Source: Candidatus Heimdallarchaeota archaeon (lineage in GTDB: Archaea > Asgardarchaeota > Heimdallarchaeia > Heimdallarchaeales > Heimdallarchaeaceae). From it: a stretch of DNA of 62,439 bases. The stretch is taken from assembly GCA_030607575.1 (NCBI GenBank), contig JAUWJS010000002.1, positions 1 to 62,439 on the forward strand, given 5' to 3'. The position numbers were made by a program, and so were the translations under genes. Every line of letters starts with the position of its first letter. Within the stretch, counting starts at the first letter, position 1. The notes under the pieces are model-generated. The model made no database searches. It was given only the letters and a program-made list of their open reading frames with translations, and was not told the origin of the DNA. Positions 56,201 through 62,439 of the stretch are shown here, piece after piece.

Positions 56201-58798
56201 ACATATCCCCCGATCTGCTAATACTAAAGCTCCTGCCTCTAAACCAAACTCACCAGTTTCAGCATCTCTGATAACAGCTGCAGTTAGACCTGCTGCAGAA
56301 CTTGCTTTCCCTGATGTAAGTAACCCTCTAGGTGCAAGACGATGAACATATTGAAGTAATTGACTATTATGAATAAATAATCCATTAGCAATGAAATTGT
56401 GAGTCTCTGGAACCTGTATGTCATAAACCCATTCAAAATCAGGTTTAAATCTTTCAATTGAAACTATTCTCTCCCAGAAAATATCTGAATTAACAAGCTT
56501 TTCTATTCGTTCAACTTTATCATTATGTCCGTATTTTTGAAGCTCTAGAATAATTTTCTTAAGACTAGAAATTGAAGGATTTCTGTCATTCTTTTCATAG
56601 TGTTGGTATGTACTTCGAATCAATCCCATTTGAGATTGAGACAGATTCAATTCCTTTCTTACTTCTAAAAGAATCCTATTCAAACCTGGAATTACATCAA
56701 TATTTGAATTTGAATCTAGATTTCTAGCTAATCTGTTTTTCTTATATGAATTGAAACCAATTAAATCCCCAAATCTTTTGAATTGTTCTATGGATGTAAT
56801 TTTCAGCCTAAAATATTTTTGTAACTGGGATGTTTGACTTTTAGAGTGAGTATACCCTAATTGAGAAATAATACCAAACCGATTTAAAAGAAGCTGAATA
56901 TCTTGCAGAAGCTGTTTACTAGCAGATGTTGCAGATATTGTACATCTGTTTCTTCCAACAGTACCATCAGCATCAAAATAAGCTCTTAGAAATGCTTGAA
57001 CTGACTTTTTAGGAGCTCTCATAATGATGTTTGGTACAACCTTCTTGTACGCACCCTCATAAAAACTAGGAGAAATTTCTTCTAATACTCGTCCTAATTC
57101 TATTGATGCTACATAAACATCTTTTGCACTCTTACCCTTAGGTGAACCTCTTACAGTATAGTTTATGTCACCAAATGTGTTAGTTAAACATCTTATATAA
57201 TCGTTAATTAAATCTTCTTCATTGTTTGTAAACCATACGTATGAAGATGTACTAGTCTTTTGTAAGTAGCCATCTCCACAAATATACCCTAAGAAACCAG
57301 AAAATTCAGGTGATATTTCTAATGGAACTCGAATCTTTTGAGCAGATGTCTTTCCTTTTTTGATATTTAGTTTAATATTTTCAACTGGATTAGTTATAAC
57401 ATTTCTTGGAGATGCTATGAAGTCACCTATTTTGGTTTTCATTGCTTTTTTTGATAAAATGAAACCATCTGATGTTGTATAGAACGGATGAGTCGGAGTT
57501 ACAATTAGTTCTTTTCCATTAGAAGTTTTAATCTTATACATTTCCTTTGGAGCTTTTCTTTTCCAGAAGATGTTAGTAATAGCGTTTTCTATTACTCCGT
57601 CTTTGTTCATTGTTAAAATTGGACAAGCTCCATTTGCATATGATCCATCATCAATTATTTGTTGATTGTTTTTTAGATTTTCTTCAACTAAGTCCTTTAT
57701 TGATTTAGTTTCACCATTACCTAGTAATACCTTAGAATCTCCGTGCACACACTTAGCGACCCCAGGATCTCCAATCATTAATAGGTTAGAATCCCCTCTC
57801 TGTTTCATGCCATCTGGAGCAACTCTGGATACTCCTCCAAACAGAACTGTTGCTAAAGCTTCTTTTAGTGTTTCCATCCCATAAATGGAAGGGGCAACAG
57901 ATCTGACTATTCTTCTATGGATGTTAATGTCAGTAGAAAGTTCTAAAATTTCTTGTTCTGTATCTGGATCGATATCAATCTCTTCAAACTCCTTTTCTCT
58001 CGATGAAACAAAATTTACATCTAACCAGGGGTCAAATGTTGCCAGCTTTCCTTTTTGTTTACCTTTTACTTTCATACGGAGAATTCCAGAAACGATTGCT
58101 CTATCTCCTGCTCTGACAGTATCTACTAAATCACCTATTAATCTTGCTGGGACAGATCGAGGAATTTGCCCTGGAGGAAGACTTTCTGGTTTTTCTTGAA
58201 CAGTGACAGATTGAAAATCTGTATAAATTGTATTTTTATCTTTAATTAAGAGTTTGAAAGAACTAGTATTTGTACACTGCGGATTATTGCATTTTGATGG
58301 TTCTGTGTAATATCCTCCCTCTTGTGGGACAAAATGAACTTCTTCACACCCCTTTCTAGTACATTGAAAAATACCTTGAATTAGAAGAGGTTTAACTACA
58401 GTTTGACGAATAATAATGCCTTCAACGGATAGCAATTTTCCTAAATGAACTGACCGTAAACGACGTAGATTAACTAAATCCGGAAGATTTGAAAATCGAA
58501 CATGAAATAAACCTGCGGTTTCATCACTAGTTGCATAAATATGGTCTTCAATATCCAATACCTCTACTAGTGCATCATCTGCTGCTTTGATTGTATCTTC
58601 AGGTTCTTCGCGTAGTTTTTTAGCAGATACAGGATCAAATCGTAATAAATCATCATAATTTACAAAAAGAGATAAAAGACCTTCTAAAGACATTTTTTGA
58701 ACCTGTTCAACATAAACATATCTCCCATTTTCATCCTGATATGCTTGAAAGAACTCTCTGAACCTTTCGCTTGGACTGGATTGCATATCTATGTGCAT
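53210..58798 (-). CDS. mcm: MCM replicative helicase precursor interrupted by three inteins (693-aa extein)
   Basis: 1862-aa ORF. Extein motifs after conceptual splicing: Zn finger CTRKGC..CNNPQC, Walker A GDPGVAKSQLL, Walker B CCIDEFDKM, EAMEQQTVSIAKAG, AAANP, SRFDL. Confidence 0.9.
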   Translation of the reverse strand: MHIDMQSSPSERFREFFQAYQDENGRYVYVEQVQKMSLEGLLSLFVNYDDLLRFDPVSAKKLREEPEDTIKAADDALVEVLDIEDHIYATSDETAGLFHVRFSNLPDLVNLRRLRSVHLGKLLSVEGIIIRQTVVKPLLIQGIFQCTRKGCEEVHFVPQEGGYYTEPSKCNNPQCTNTSSFKLLIKDKNTIYTDFQSVTVQEKPESLPPGQIPRSVPARLIGDLVDTVRAGDRAIVSGILRMKVKGKQKGKLATFDPWLDVNFVSSREKEFEEIDIDPDTEQEILELSTDINIHRRIVRSVAPSIYGMETLKEALATVLFGGVSRVAPDGMKQRGDSNLLMIGDPGVAKCVHGDSKVLLGNGETKSIKDLVEENLKNNQQIIDDGSYANGACPILTMNKDGVIENAITNIFWKRKAPKEMYKIKTSNGKELIVTPTHPFYTTSDGFILSKKAMKTKIGDFIASPRNVITNPVENIKLNIKKGKTSAQKIRVPLEISPEFSGFLGYICGDGYLQKTSTSSYVWFTNNEEDLINDYIRCLTNTFGDINYTVRGSPKGKSAKDVYVASIELGRVLEEISPSFYEGAYKKVVPNIIMRAPKKSVQAFLRAYFDADGTVGRNRCTISATSASKQLLQDIQLLLNRFGIISQLGYTHSKSQTSQLQKYFRLKITSIEQFKRFGDLIGFNSYKKNRLARNLDSNSNIDVIPGLNRILLEVRKELNLSQSQMGLIRSTYQHYEKNDRNPSISSLKKIILELQKYGHNDKVERIEKLVNSDIFWERIVSIERFKPDFEWVYDIQVPETHNFIANGLFIHNSQLLQYVHRLAPRGLLTSGKASSAAGLTAAVIRDAETGEFGLEAGALVLADRGICCLTGDSKIFVDNMYVPISSVFDSTQNYQAISNGEKLEICDIKLSTISTDSKLNTVNTNSIRIRRKKYKEKIMKIEFESGFSIKLTPDHKLISGNDLKWTEAINFIEGDYVVAPLKLPKNDKPIFLLDIIPENWIVILSNEQKLEFKELVRKRYDKLSIFNKKYGVSRDFLSGRGAIKAGKFKAFLRELNHYNKWSIKILKFGRKSSGENLKIYQITPEIAYYLGFIYGDGSVRISDRRSSIHITQSLKNIKQIEQIKLFHSMFSNRQLGVDIRKRISFINQKEVKGEIATLYSGSNLVAFLYDYITKNDLQNLHKLPDECLKAFLAGCLDSDGCLSIKTGKKNNIEYKTVHIDFLLSNSLEENKTLLLALRRFDCFGKLVTIKDKKVDSLLITGRKDVTNLIENLREYSVKVKNIPLRKHSISSYSDKLPMEPVAKICEHISSTIESSILQQEGLWSTIYAFKKKNYQPSRDQLSKIKEKLFDRIDSKTHTNIDILLKRDFFIDKIRKTELIPYNDYVYDLYVPGHHSFTSNGIIVHNCIDEFDKMNPTDRSAIHEAMEQQSYHPSFELSFLDGQKLQIGSFVDNLFKENEEFKIIGKDCEILPVENFGFNVLTTDFKKLYDTNVNRVSRHIAPEEFIRIIYSNDVELLVTPEHPIYVLNNDEVITVDAENVKKGMLVPSVSNKKIELDRVKIIKIEKLYNKGELATKWVYDVTIEPTENFISHGLVLHNTVSIAKAGIVAQLNARTAIIAAANPRFGRYEDSRPPVENINLPPTILSRFDLIYIIRDIPDTETDKRMARHILELRRGHVIEDTEPTIDMDLLRKYISYAKQHIQPSLTDAAMERIEQFYLNLRKETDETTAIAITPRYLEAIIRLSESQARMALKEDVTIDHVEAAINLLKASLEQAGKDPVTGRVDIDYLLSGTTKTSRSKMQIIIDIMKEESRVGSSDVVSIRRIKELAKEQNIDEEFVDRVITQLRSNGEIYSPSDGFVKLA
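54011..54517 (-). mobile_element. MCM intein 3 (169-aa mini-intein, residues 1428-1596), Ser1 nucleophile, no endonuclease domain
   Basis: HEAMEQQ|SYHPSFELSFLDG ... SHGLVLHN|TVSIAKAG. Block B is TPEHPI. Too short for a homing endonuclease. Confidence 0.8.
54587..56200 (-). mobile_element. MCM intein 2 (538 aa, residues 867-1404) immediately before Walker B, with LAGLIDADG homing endonuclease
   Basis: LADRGIC|CLTGDSKIFV ... SNGIIVHN|CIDEFDKM. Block B is TPDHKL. LAGLIDADG motifs LGFIYGDGSV and LAGCLDSDGCL. Confidence 0.85.
56366..57751 (-). mobile_element. MCM intein 1 (462 aa, residues 350-811) in the Walker A P-loop, with LAGLIDADG homing endonuclease
   Basis: GDPGVAK|CVHGDSKVLL ... FIANGLFIHN|SQLLQYV. 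Block B is TPTHPF. LAGLIDADG motifs LGYICGDGYL and LRAYFDADGTV. An extra HTH-like stretch reads LNLSQSQMGLIRSTYQHYEKNDRNPSISSLKKII. Boundaries were mapped codon by codon and are in frame. Confidence 0.85.
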
Positions 58799-58826
58799 TT
58801 GTGTCTACCCTACGCTACAAACTTCA

Positions 58827-58834
58827 ATTTATAA
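58827..58834 (-). promoter_or_regulatory. Candidate TATA box (TTATAAAT on minus strand) for mcm
   Basis: The octamer ends 28 nt upstream of the mcm ATG (58798), implying a very short or absent leader. It is the same octamer as at 13003-13010. Confidence 0.3.
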
Positions 58835-58965
58835 TCAAAGTAATAAGTCTTACTTAGTCTTAGTCTTAGATTAACTTTCAATAGATATAATTATTTATTA
58901 GTATAAAAACTAATGATAAAAATAAGCAAGTGTAAGCTTAACAAAACTAACAATTAGTGAAGTAA

Positions 58966-60306
58966 ATGACATATACACCCACACATCTAGCTGTACAAGG
59001 TATTATTGCATGGTTGTTATTATCAAAGAAGAATAAGACATACTATAAAGAACATAGATGGGAGTTTATACTCATTAATCTTGTAGCAGTTCTCCCCGAT
59101 ATAGATTTACTCTTTGGATATCACAGGTCTTACACGCACAGCTTGATTCTTCCCACCTTCATTCTTTTCAGTATGCTAGTTATAGATAAAATCAATAAAG
59201 ATGCAAGTCCAATAGAATCAGCAACTCATAAAACTGTAAGATTTGTTAAATTGGCTTCACTGATGTGGATAGTTCATATCTTTCTAGACCTAAGCTGGGG
59301 ACCACTTCTGTTATTCTGGCCCTTGGATAATAATCTGTACGATCTTTCAGTTTATCTTCGATTCAGAAATAAAGCATGGTTGTTCTTTCCATTAACCTTT
59401 GTTGGTCTGATTCCAGATTGGTCGATTTATTCCATGACTGAAGGGCAAAGGATATTTTTTATAAATCTGTCTCAAGACGAACTTCAATCAATTTATGGGG
59501 AATTTCTGGATTTATACATCGCTCAGTTCACATTTCATGTTCTCTTATTTATTGTATGGATGATAGTAATCCTATTTCCAGCATTCAGAAGAAAGAAACA
59601 GAAACCAGAAAAAGACCGGAAGAAATTTTATACAAATTTGAAAAAAACGTGGGATTTGATAAAGAGACAGCTCACACTCTTTGGGATATTTCTAATATTC
59701 TTAGGCTTAATGCTAGGACCTATAATAGGGTTGAATAGATCAATGGATTATGAAATTTCATATGAATACAAGAGTACGCAATCGATTTTCGATCCAACTC
59801 TGGGTGTAGCTTTTGTGAATAAACCTCAAGCTACTACTTTAGTTAATTTTAGTAGTGAAACAGGTTTAGTTGATTATAATGTTACAGTCCTTACTTCCAA
59901 CAATGATACTTTCATTAATTTTTTCGATAATTTTGAAAATTTGACGAACAACTACTATGATAAAAATATCACTTATGAACAGATGATTGCTTCTTATTCA
60001 ATCATAACTAATCAAGCAAAAGATGAAAGTATTTTCGAGTCCAAACTAGTTGGAGATGAAATAGCTTCTGGCATCCTTATAACCATGAATGAAACTGAGG
60101 AAGAAGAAACAGTTTTCCTAATTACATTTGTAGATGAATGGAACACAACTGAATCTTTCATTTATGAAGCTAAAATTGCTATAAATTATGTTATACATAG
60201 AAAACTAGCAGTTATAGAAGGGGGAATATTGAGTGGGATTGGGTTAGCTATAATTATTGCAGACCAAATAATCGCACTTAGAAAGAATAAGAAAACTAAA
60301 TCATGA
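58966..60306 (+). CDS. DUF457/YdjM-like membrane metal-hydrolase domain fused to an extracytoplasmic domain and C-terminal TM
   Basis: 446 aa. The N-terminus HLAVQGIIAW..VAVLPDIDLLFGYHRSYTHSL matches the YdjM-type pattern. The middle region carries several N-x-S/T sequons. Final TM GIGLAIIIADQIIAL. Confidence 0.5.
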   Translation: MTYTPTHLAVQGIIAWLLLSKKNKTYYKEHRWEFILINLVAVLPDIDLLFGYHRSYTHSLILPTFILFSMLVIDKINKDASPIESATHKTVRFVKLASLMWIVHIFLDLSWGPLLLFWPLDNNLYDLSVYLRFRNKAWLFFPLTFVGLIPDWSIYSMTEGQRIFFINLSQDELQSIYGEFLDLYIAQFTFHVLLFIVWMIVILFPAFRRKKQKPEKDRKKFYTNLKKTWDLIKRQLTLFGIFLIFLGLMLGPIIGLNRSMDYEISYEYKSTQSIFDPTLGVAFVNKPQATTLVNFSSETGLVDYNVTVLTSNNDTFINFFDNFENLTNNYYDKNITYEQMIASYSIITNQAKDESIFESKLVGDEIASGILITMNETEEEETVFLITFVDEWNTTESFIYEAKIAINYVIHRKLAVIEGGILSGIGLAIIIADQIIALRKNKKTKS

Positions 60307-61257
60307 AACTAGTTTGGTAGTTAATTCCACTAGATCGGAATTATGATTCAATTCAACCATCTTAACATTTGATAGAGAAACGATTTCATCAACAAAAGAT
60401 ACGCGTCTATATGTTCTCGCATAAACTACTCTTAAATCAGGAATACGTTGAATGGTTGGGAGTGGATTTCTTCCTGTAGTTCTTTCAAGGTCACTAATGA
60501 TATAGATAATTTTTTCTCTTGATGAGCTGTCTTTCAGCTGTTTTGTAGCTAATTGTAGAGCTTCATCTAAATCTGTTTTCCCTCCGCTTTCAATATTCAA
60601 AATTAGTTCTACTAGTTCTTCGGGTGGGATTCTCTTAGCCATCGGCTTTAACAGTTGAGCTTCTGAATCAAATTCTATTATAGCAAAATTGTCTCGTTTA
60701 ACTGAAAGCGACAAAACAGAGGCCATCAAAACAATCTGATGGATCAACTGCAAAACACTAAGACTTTTGTCAATACAAATAACAATGCTTTTCTTTCTAT
60801 CTGAAGGTTCTTTGACTACTATACAATCATAGTCTGGAACTTGCTTCCCACTACTCAACATTTTCTCAAAAGTCATTTCAATTTCCCAGGAATCTCCAGG
60901 TTCATAATTTACATATCTAGATACTGAAGATGAAATTCCCCGTCTGAGTATAGTTTTAGCTTTTTCAGTTATGAATGGTATAAGTTTCTCTAGAAGTTTC
61001 TTACGAATATCATAATTAAGATGTTTTTTTGTTCTAGAATATAGTTGAATCAGATCTTTTCCTGCAAGATTATCCAACATTTGATCAGTTAATTCAATTT
61101 TGTTAAGTATATTAGCTGCAATCATGGGATAATTGGTTGCAATAAGTCTTAAACCCTCCAGATTACTTTCCTTTGCCGCTCTTTCAGCCAATTCAATAAT
61201 ACGTGCCATATTATCTTCTTTTTTACCAAGTTCAAGATGAATCTCATTAATGGTCAT
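60301..61257 (-). CDS. von Willebrand factor A (VWA) domain protein
   Basis: 318 aa. MIDAS-like IVICIDKSLS (DxSxS), GGKTDLDEAL and IISDLERT, with an N-terminal ~140-aa helical region. Downstream of the MoxR-like ATPase. Confidence 0.65.
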   Translation of the reverse strand: MTINEIHLELGKKEDNMARIIELAERAAKESNLEGLRLIATNYPMIAANILNKIELTDQMLDNLAGKDLIQLYSRTKKHLNYDIRKKLLEKLIPFITEKAKTILRRGISSSVSRYVNYEPGDSWEIEMTFEKMLSSGKQVPDYDCIVVKEPSDRKKSIVICIDKSLSVLQLIHQIVLMASVLSLSVKRDNFAIIEFDSEAQLLKPMAKRIPPEELVELILNIESGGKTDLDEALQLATKQLKDSSSREKIIYIISDLERTTGRNPLPTIQRIPDLRVVYARTYRRVSFVDEIVSLSNVKMVELNHNSDLVELTTKLVS

Positions 61258-61322
61258 TCGACCGACATTGGATGGGAAAGTAAGAAACGGTTCATCCCCT
61301 ACAATAGATGATGTAAGGTCAC

Positions 61323-62216
61323 CTAGTCTTCTTTTTTTCGTGTAATCCTATCATCGTCATATTTGGACAAGACTTTAGAGATGATTTCTTCTACAATCTT
61401 TTCTTCGCTCTTTCTACTGGATGTTTTACATCTAATCTTTCGAGAATGAACAGATATTGCTCTCTCAATAAGTTCAATCTCATCTATTCTTTCATTTACT
61501 CTAAAGAGATATACTAATTGTATTGCTCCCCGAACCGTTGAGCCATATTCAAGCTCCGGATGATTAAGAGAAGCTTCAACAATCTCACATGATATTCGAA
61601 TAAGAAAGTTGTCTGTGCTAGATGTTCGAAGTTTTACAATTTCGATCATTTCTTCCAAAGGTTGATGAGTAACACTAATCCAAATGCAACGATCGTAGAA
61701 TGCTTTTGGTAAGGGATTTGTAGCTACAGTATCGTGAGAGTTATAGGTGAAAACGGGTATGAAACCATTCTGTGCTTTGATTTCTCCTAGCTGAGGTATA
61801 GTTATCAACTTCTCATCCAGAGCTGTTAGTACAGCATTAATAGTTTCAGAAGGAGCCCGATTAACTTCATTATAAAAAAATAATCCTCCTTCTTCCATTG
61901 CTTCAGTTAAAGGTCCTGAAATGAATGTATCTTTCGAAAAACCCTTTTCTAGTACAAGAGGGGGGTCATACCATCCCTTCAGCTTAATAGAGGTTAAACT
62001 ATCATCACCATCCACTCTAATGAAAGGTCTTTCAAGACTCTCTGCTAAAGCTTTAGCCATTTCTGTTTTTCCCGTTCCAACTGGACCTTCAATAATAATT
62101 GGTAAATCCTTTTCAATAGCTCTAACAATCATTTTCAGCTCTTTCTTTCGTCCAATGATGAGTTTTGACATTTTATCTAGAACTTCTTTTGAAACCTGAC
62201 TTCCTTTAGACATCAA
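61323..62216 (-). CDS. MoxR-like AAA+ ATPase
   Basis: 297 aa. Walker A GPVGTGKTEMAKALA, Walker B-like GLFFYNEVNRAP and sensor region TYNSHD. Paired with the VWA gene. Confidence 0.7.
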   Translation of the reverse strand: MMSKGSQVSKEVLDKMSKLIIGRKKELKMIVRAIEKDLPIIIEGPVGTGKTEMAKALAESLERPFIRVDGDDSLTSIKLKGWYDPPLVLEKGFSKDTFISGPLTEAMEEGGLFFYNEVNRAPSETINAVLTALDEKLITIPQLGEIKAQNGFIPVFTYNSHDTVATNPLPKAFYDRCIWISVTHQPLEEMIEIVKLRTSSTDNFLIRISCEIVEASLNHPELEYGSTVRGAIQLVYLFRVNERIDEIELIERAISVHSRKIRCKTSSRKSEEKIVEEIISKVLSKYDDDRITRKKED

Positions 62217-62439
62217 ATTAATATAGAGAAGGAGAAATTAAAACTCTTGTTGTGCGTGTTTTAAAAGAAAAAAAGATAGAATCATCTTGTTCATATTAGT
62301 ATTAAACATATTTAGACCGTAGGCAACTGCTGCGTGAAATCCTACCCAATCTTACCATTAGCGTTCTAATACCTGTAGAATTAGACAAAAGCACGGTTGA
62401 ACAAGTCCACTTGTTGCTGAGATATTTTCCTCGAGTTTA

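Noticed and set aside
57666-58199. Plus-strand ORFs 57666-57884 and 57885-58199 (and 54957-55151, 55656-55877) opposite mcm.
   Set aside because: They are antisense shadows of the mcm/intein ORF, with no independent support.
58799-58965. The AT-rich spacer upstream of mcm, with the hexamer repeat CTTAGTCTTAGTCTTAG, considered as a replication origin.
   Set aside because: I saw no ORB-like inverted repeats and no orc1/cdc6 gene is adjacent. Three copies of a 6-mer in AT-rich DNA is weak. It is more simply a divergent promoter region.
62217-62439. Slightly GC-richer non-coding tail, possibly a structured RNA (I briefly compared minus-strand CGAGGAAAATATC with the RNase P CR-I GAGGAAAGUCC) or the 3' end of a minus-strand CDS. 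It also contains a small palindrome, AACAAGTCCACTTGTT.
   Set aside because: The RNase P resemblance is only a few bases, and an RNA of that size would overlap the MoxR start. Two minus-strand frames are open for only 18-26 codons before stops. That is too little sequence to call anything.
1-62439. I looked for CRISPR arrays, tRNA/rRNA genes, transposases, integrases, long direct repeats marking an island, and in-frame stops suggesting recoding.
   Set aside because: I saw none. Intergenic spacers are short (mostly under 200 nt) and conserved genes read through without internal stops. The only mobile elements evident are the three inteins.

Overview
All calls come from reading the supplied translations and the DNA by eye, with motifs recalled from memory. 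No searches or computations were run. The window is an AT-rich (roughly one-third GC by eye), densely coding archaeal chromosomal segment. I saw no rRNA, tRNA, CRISPR array, transposase or integrase. An EAP30/Vps22-36-like double winged-helix protein and a large protein with a longin/roadblock-like N-terminus suggest an Asgard (Loki-like) host; this is inference.

Gene content, left to right:
- 1-12.9 kb: truncated TldD-like protease, SDR, YggS, a 1061-aa orphan protein, DUF211, indolepyruvate:ferredoxin oxidoreductase iorAB, and a heterodimeric ABC exporter.
- 13.0-20.2 kb: a translationally coupled operon of two paralogous secreted glycoproteins plus four polytopic membrane proteins. Three of these look like degenerate complex-I/Mrp subunits (NuoK-, NuoL-, NuoN-like). 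An atypical polyprenyl synthase follows.
- 20.2-30.3 kb: two tandem inositol-3-phosphate synthase paralogues (one divergent), an epimerase, a PIN-domain giant protein plus a KaiC/aRadC-like ATPase, eS17, a membrane-anchored esterase, class II HMG-CoA reductase and a nucleoside phosphorylase.
- 30.5-45.6 kb: the EAP30-like protein, a beta-CASP RNase, hexulose-phosphate synthase, an ABC-2 exporter, MFS, DUF362, amidohydrolase, DRG GTPase, ArsR-like regulator, methyltransferase, and Rio2 kinase coupled to a DUF460-like RNase-H-fold protein.
- 45.6-58.8 kb: a 13-kb co-directional minus-strand block of LSm, HerA, NurA, PyrG, GINS, Hel308 and an MCM gene whose ORF is about 63% intein. Three inteins sit in the Walker A, Walker B and EQQ|T sites.
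- 59.0-62.2 kb: a DUF457 membrane hydrolase fusion and a MoxR-VWA pair.

Best candidate for an undescribed system: the orphan Nuo/Mrp-like membrane module with its secreted glycoprotein pair (13056-19135). Next are the 1061-aa longin-like protein and the PIN/KaiC pair.
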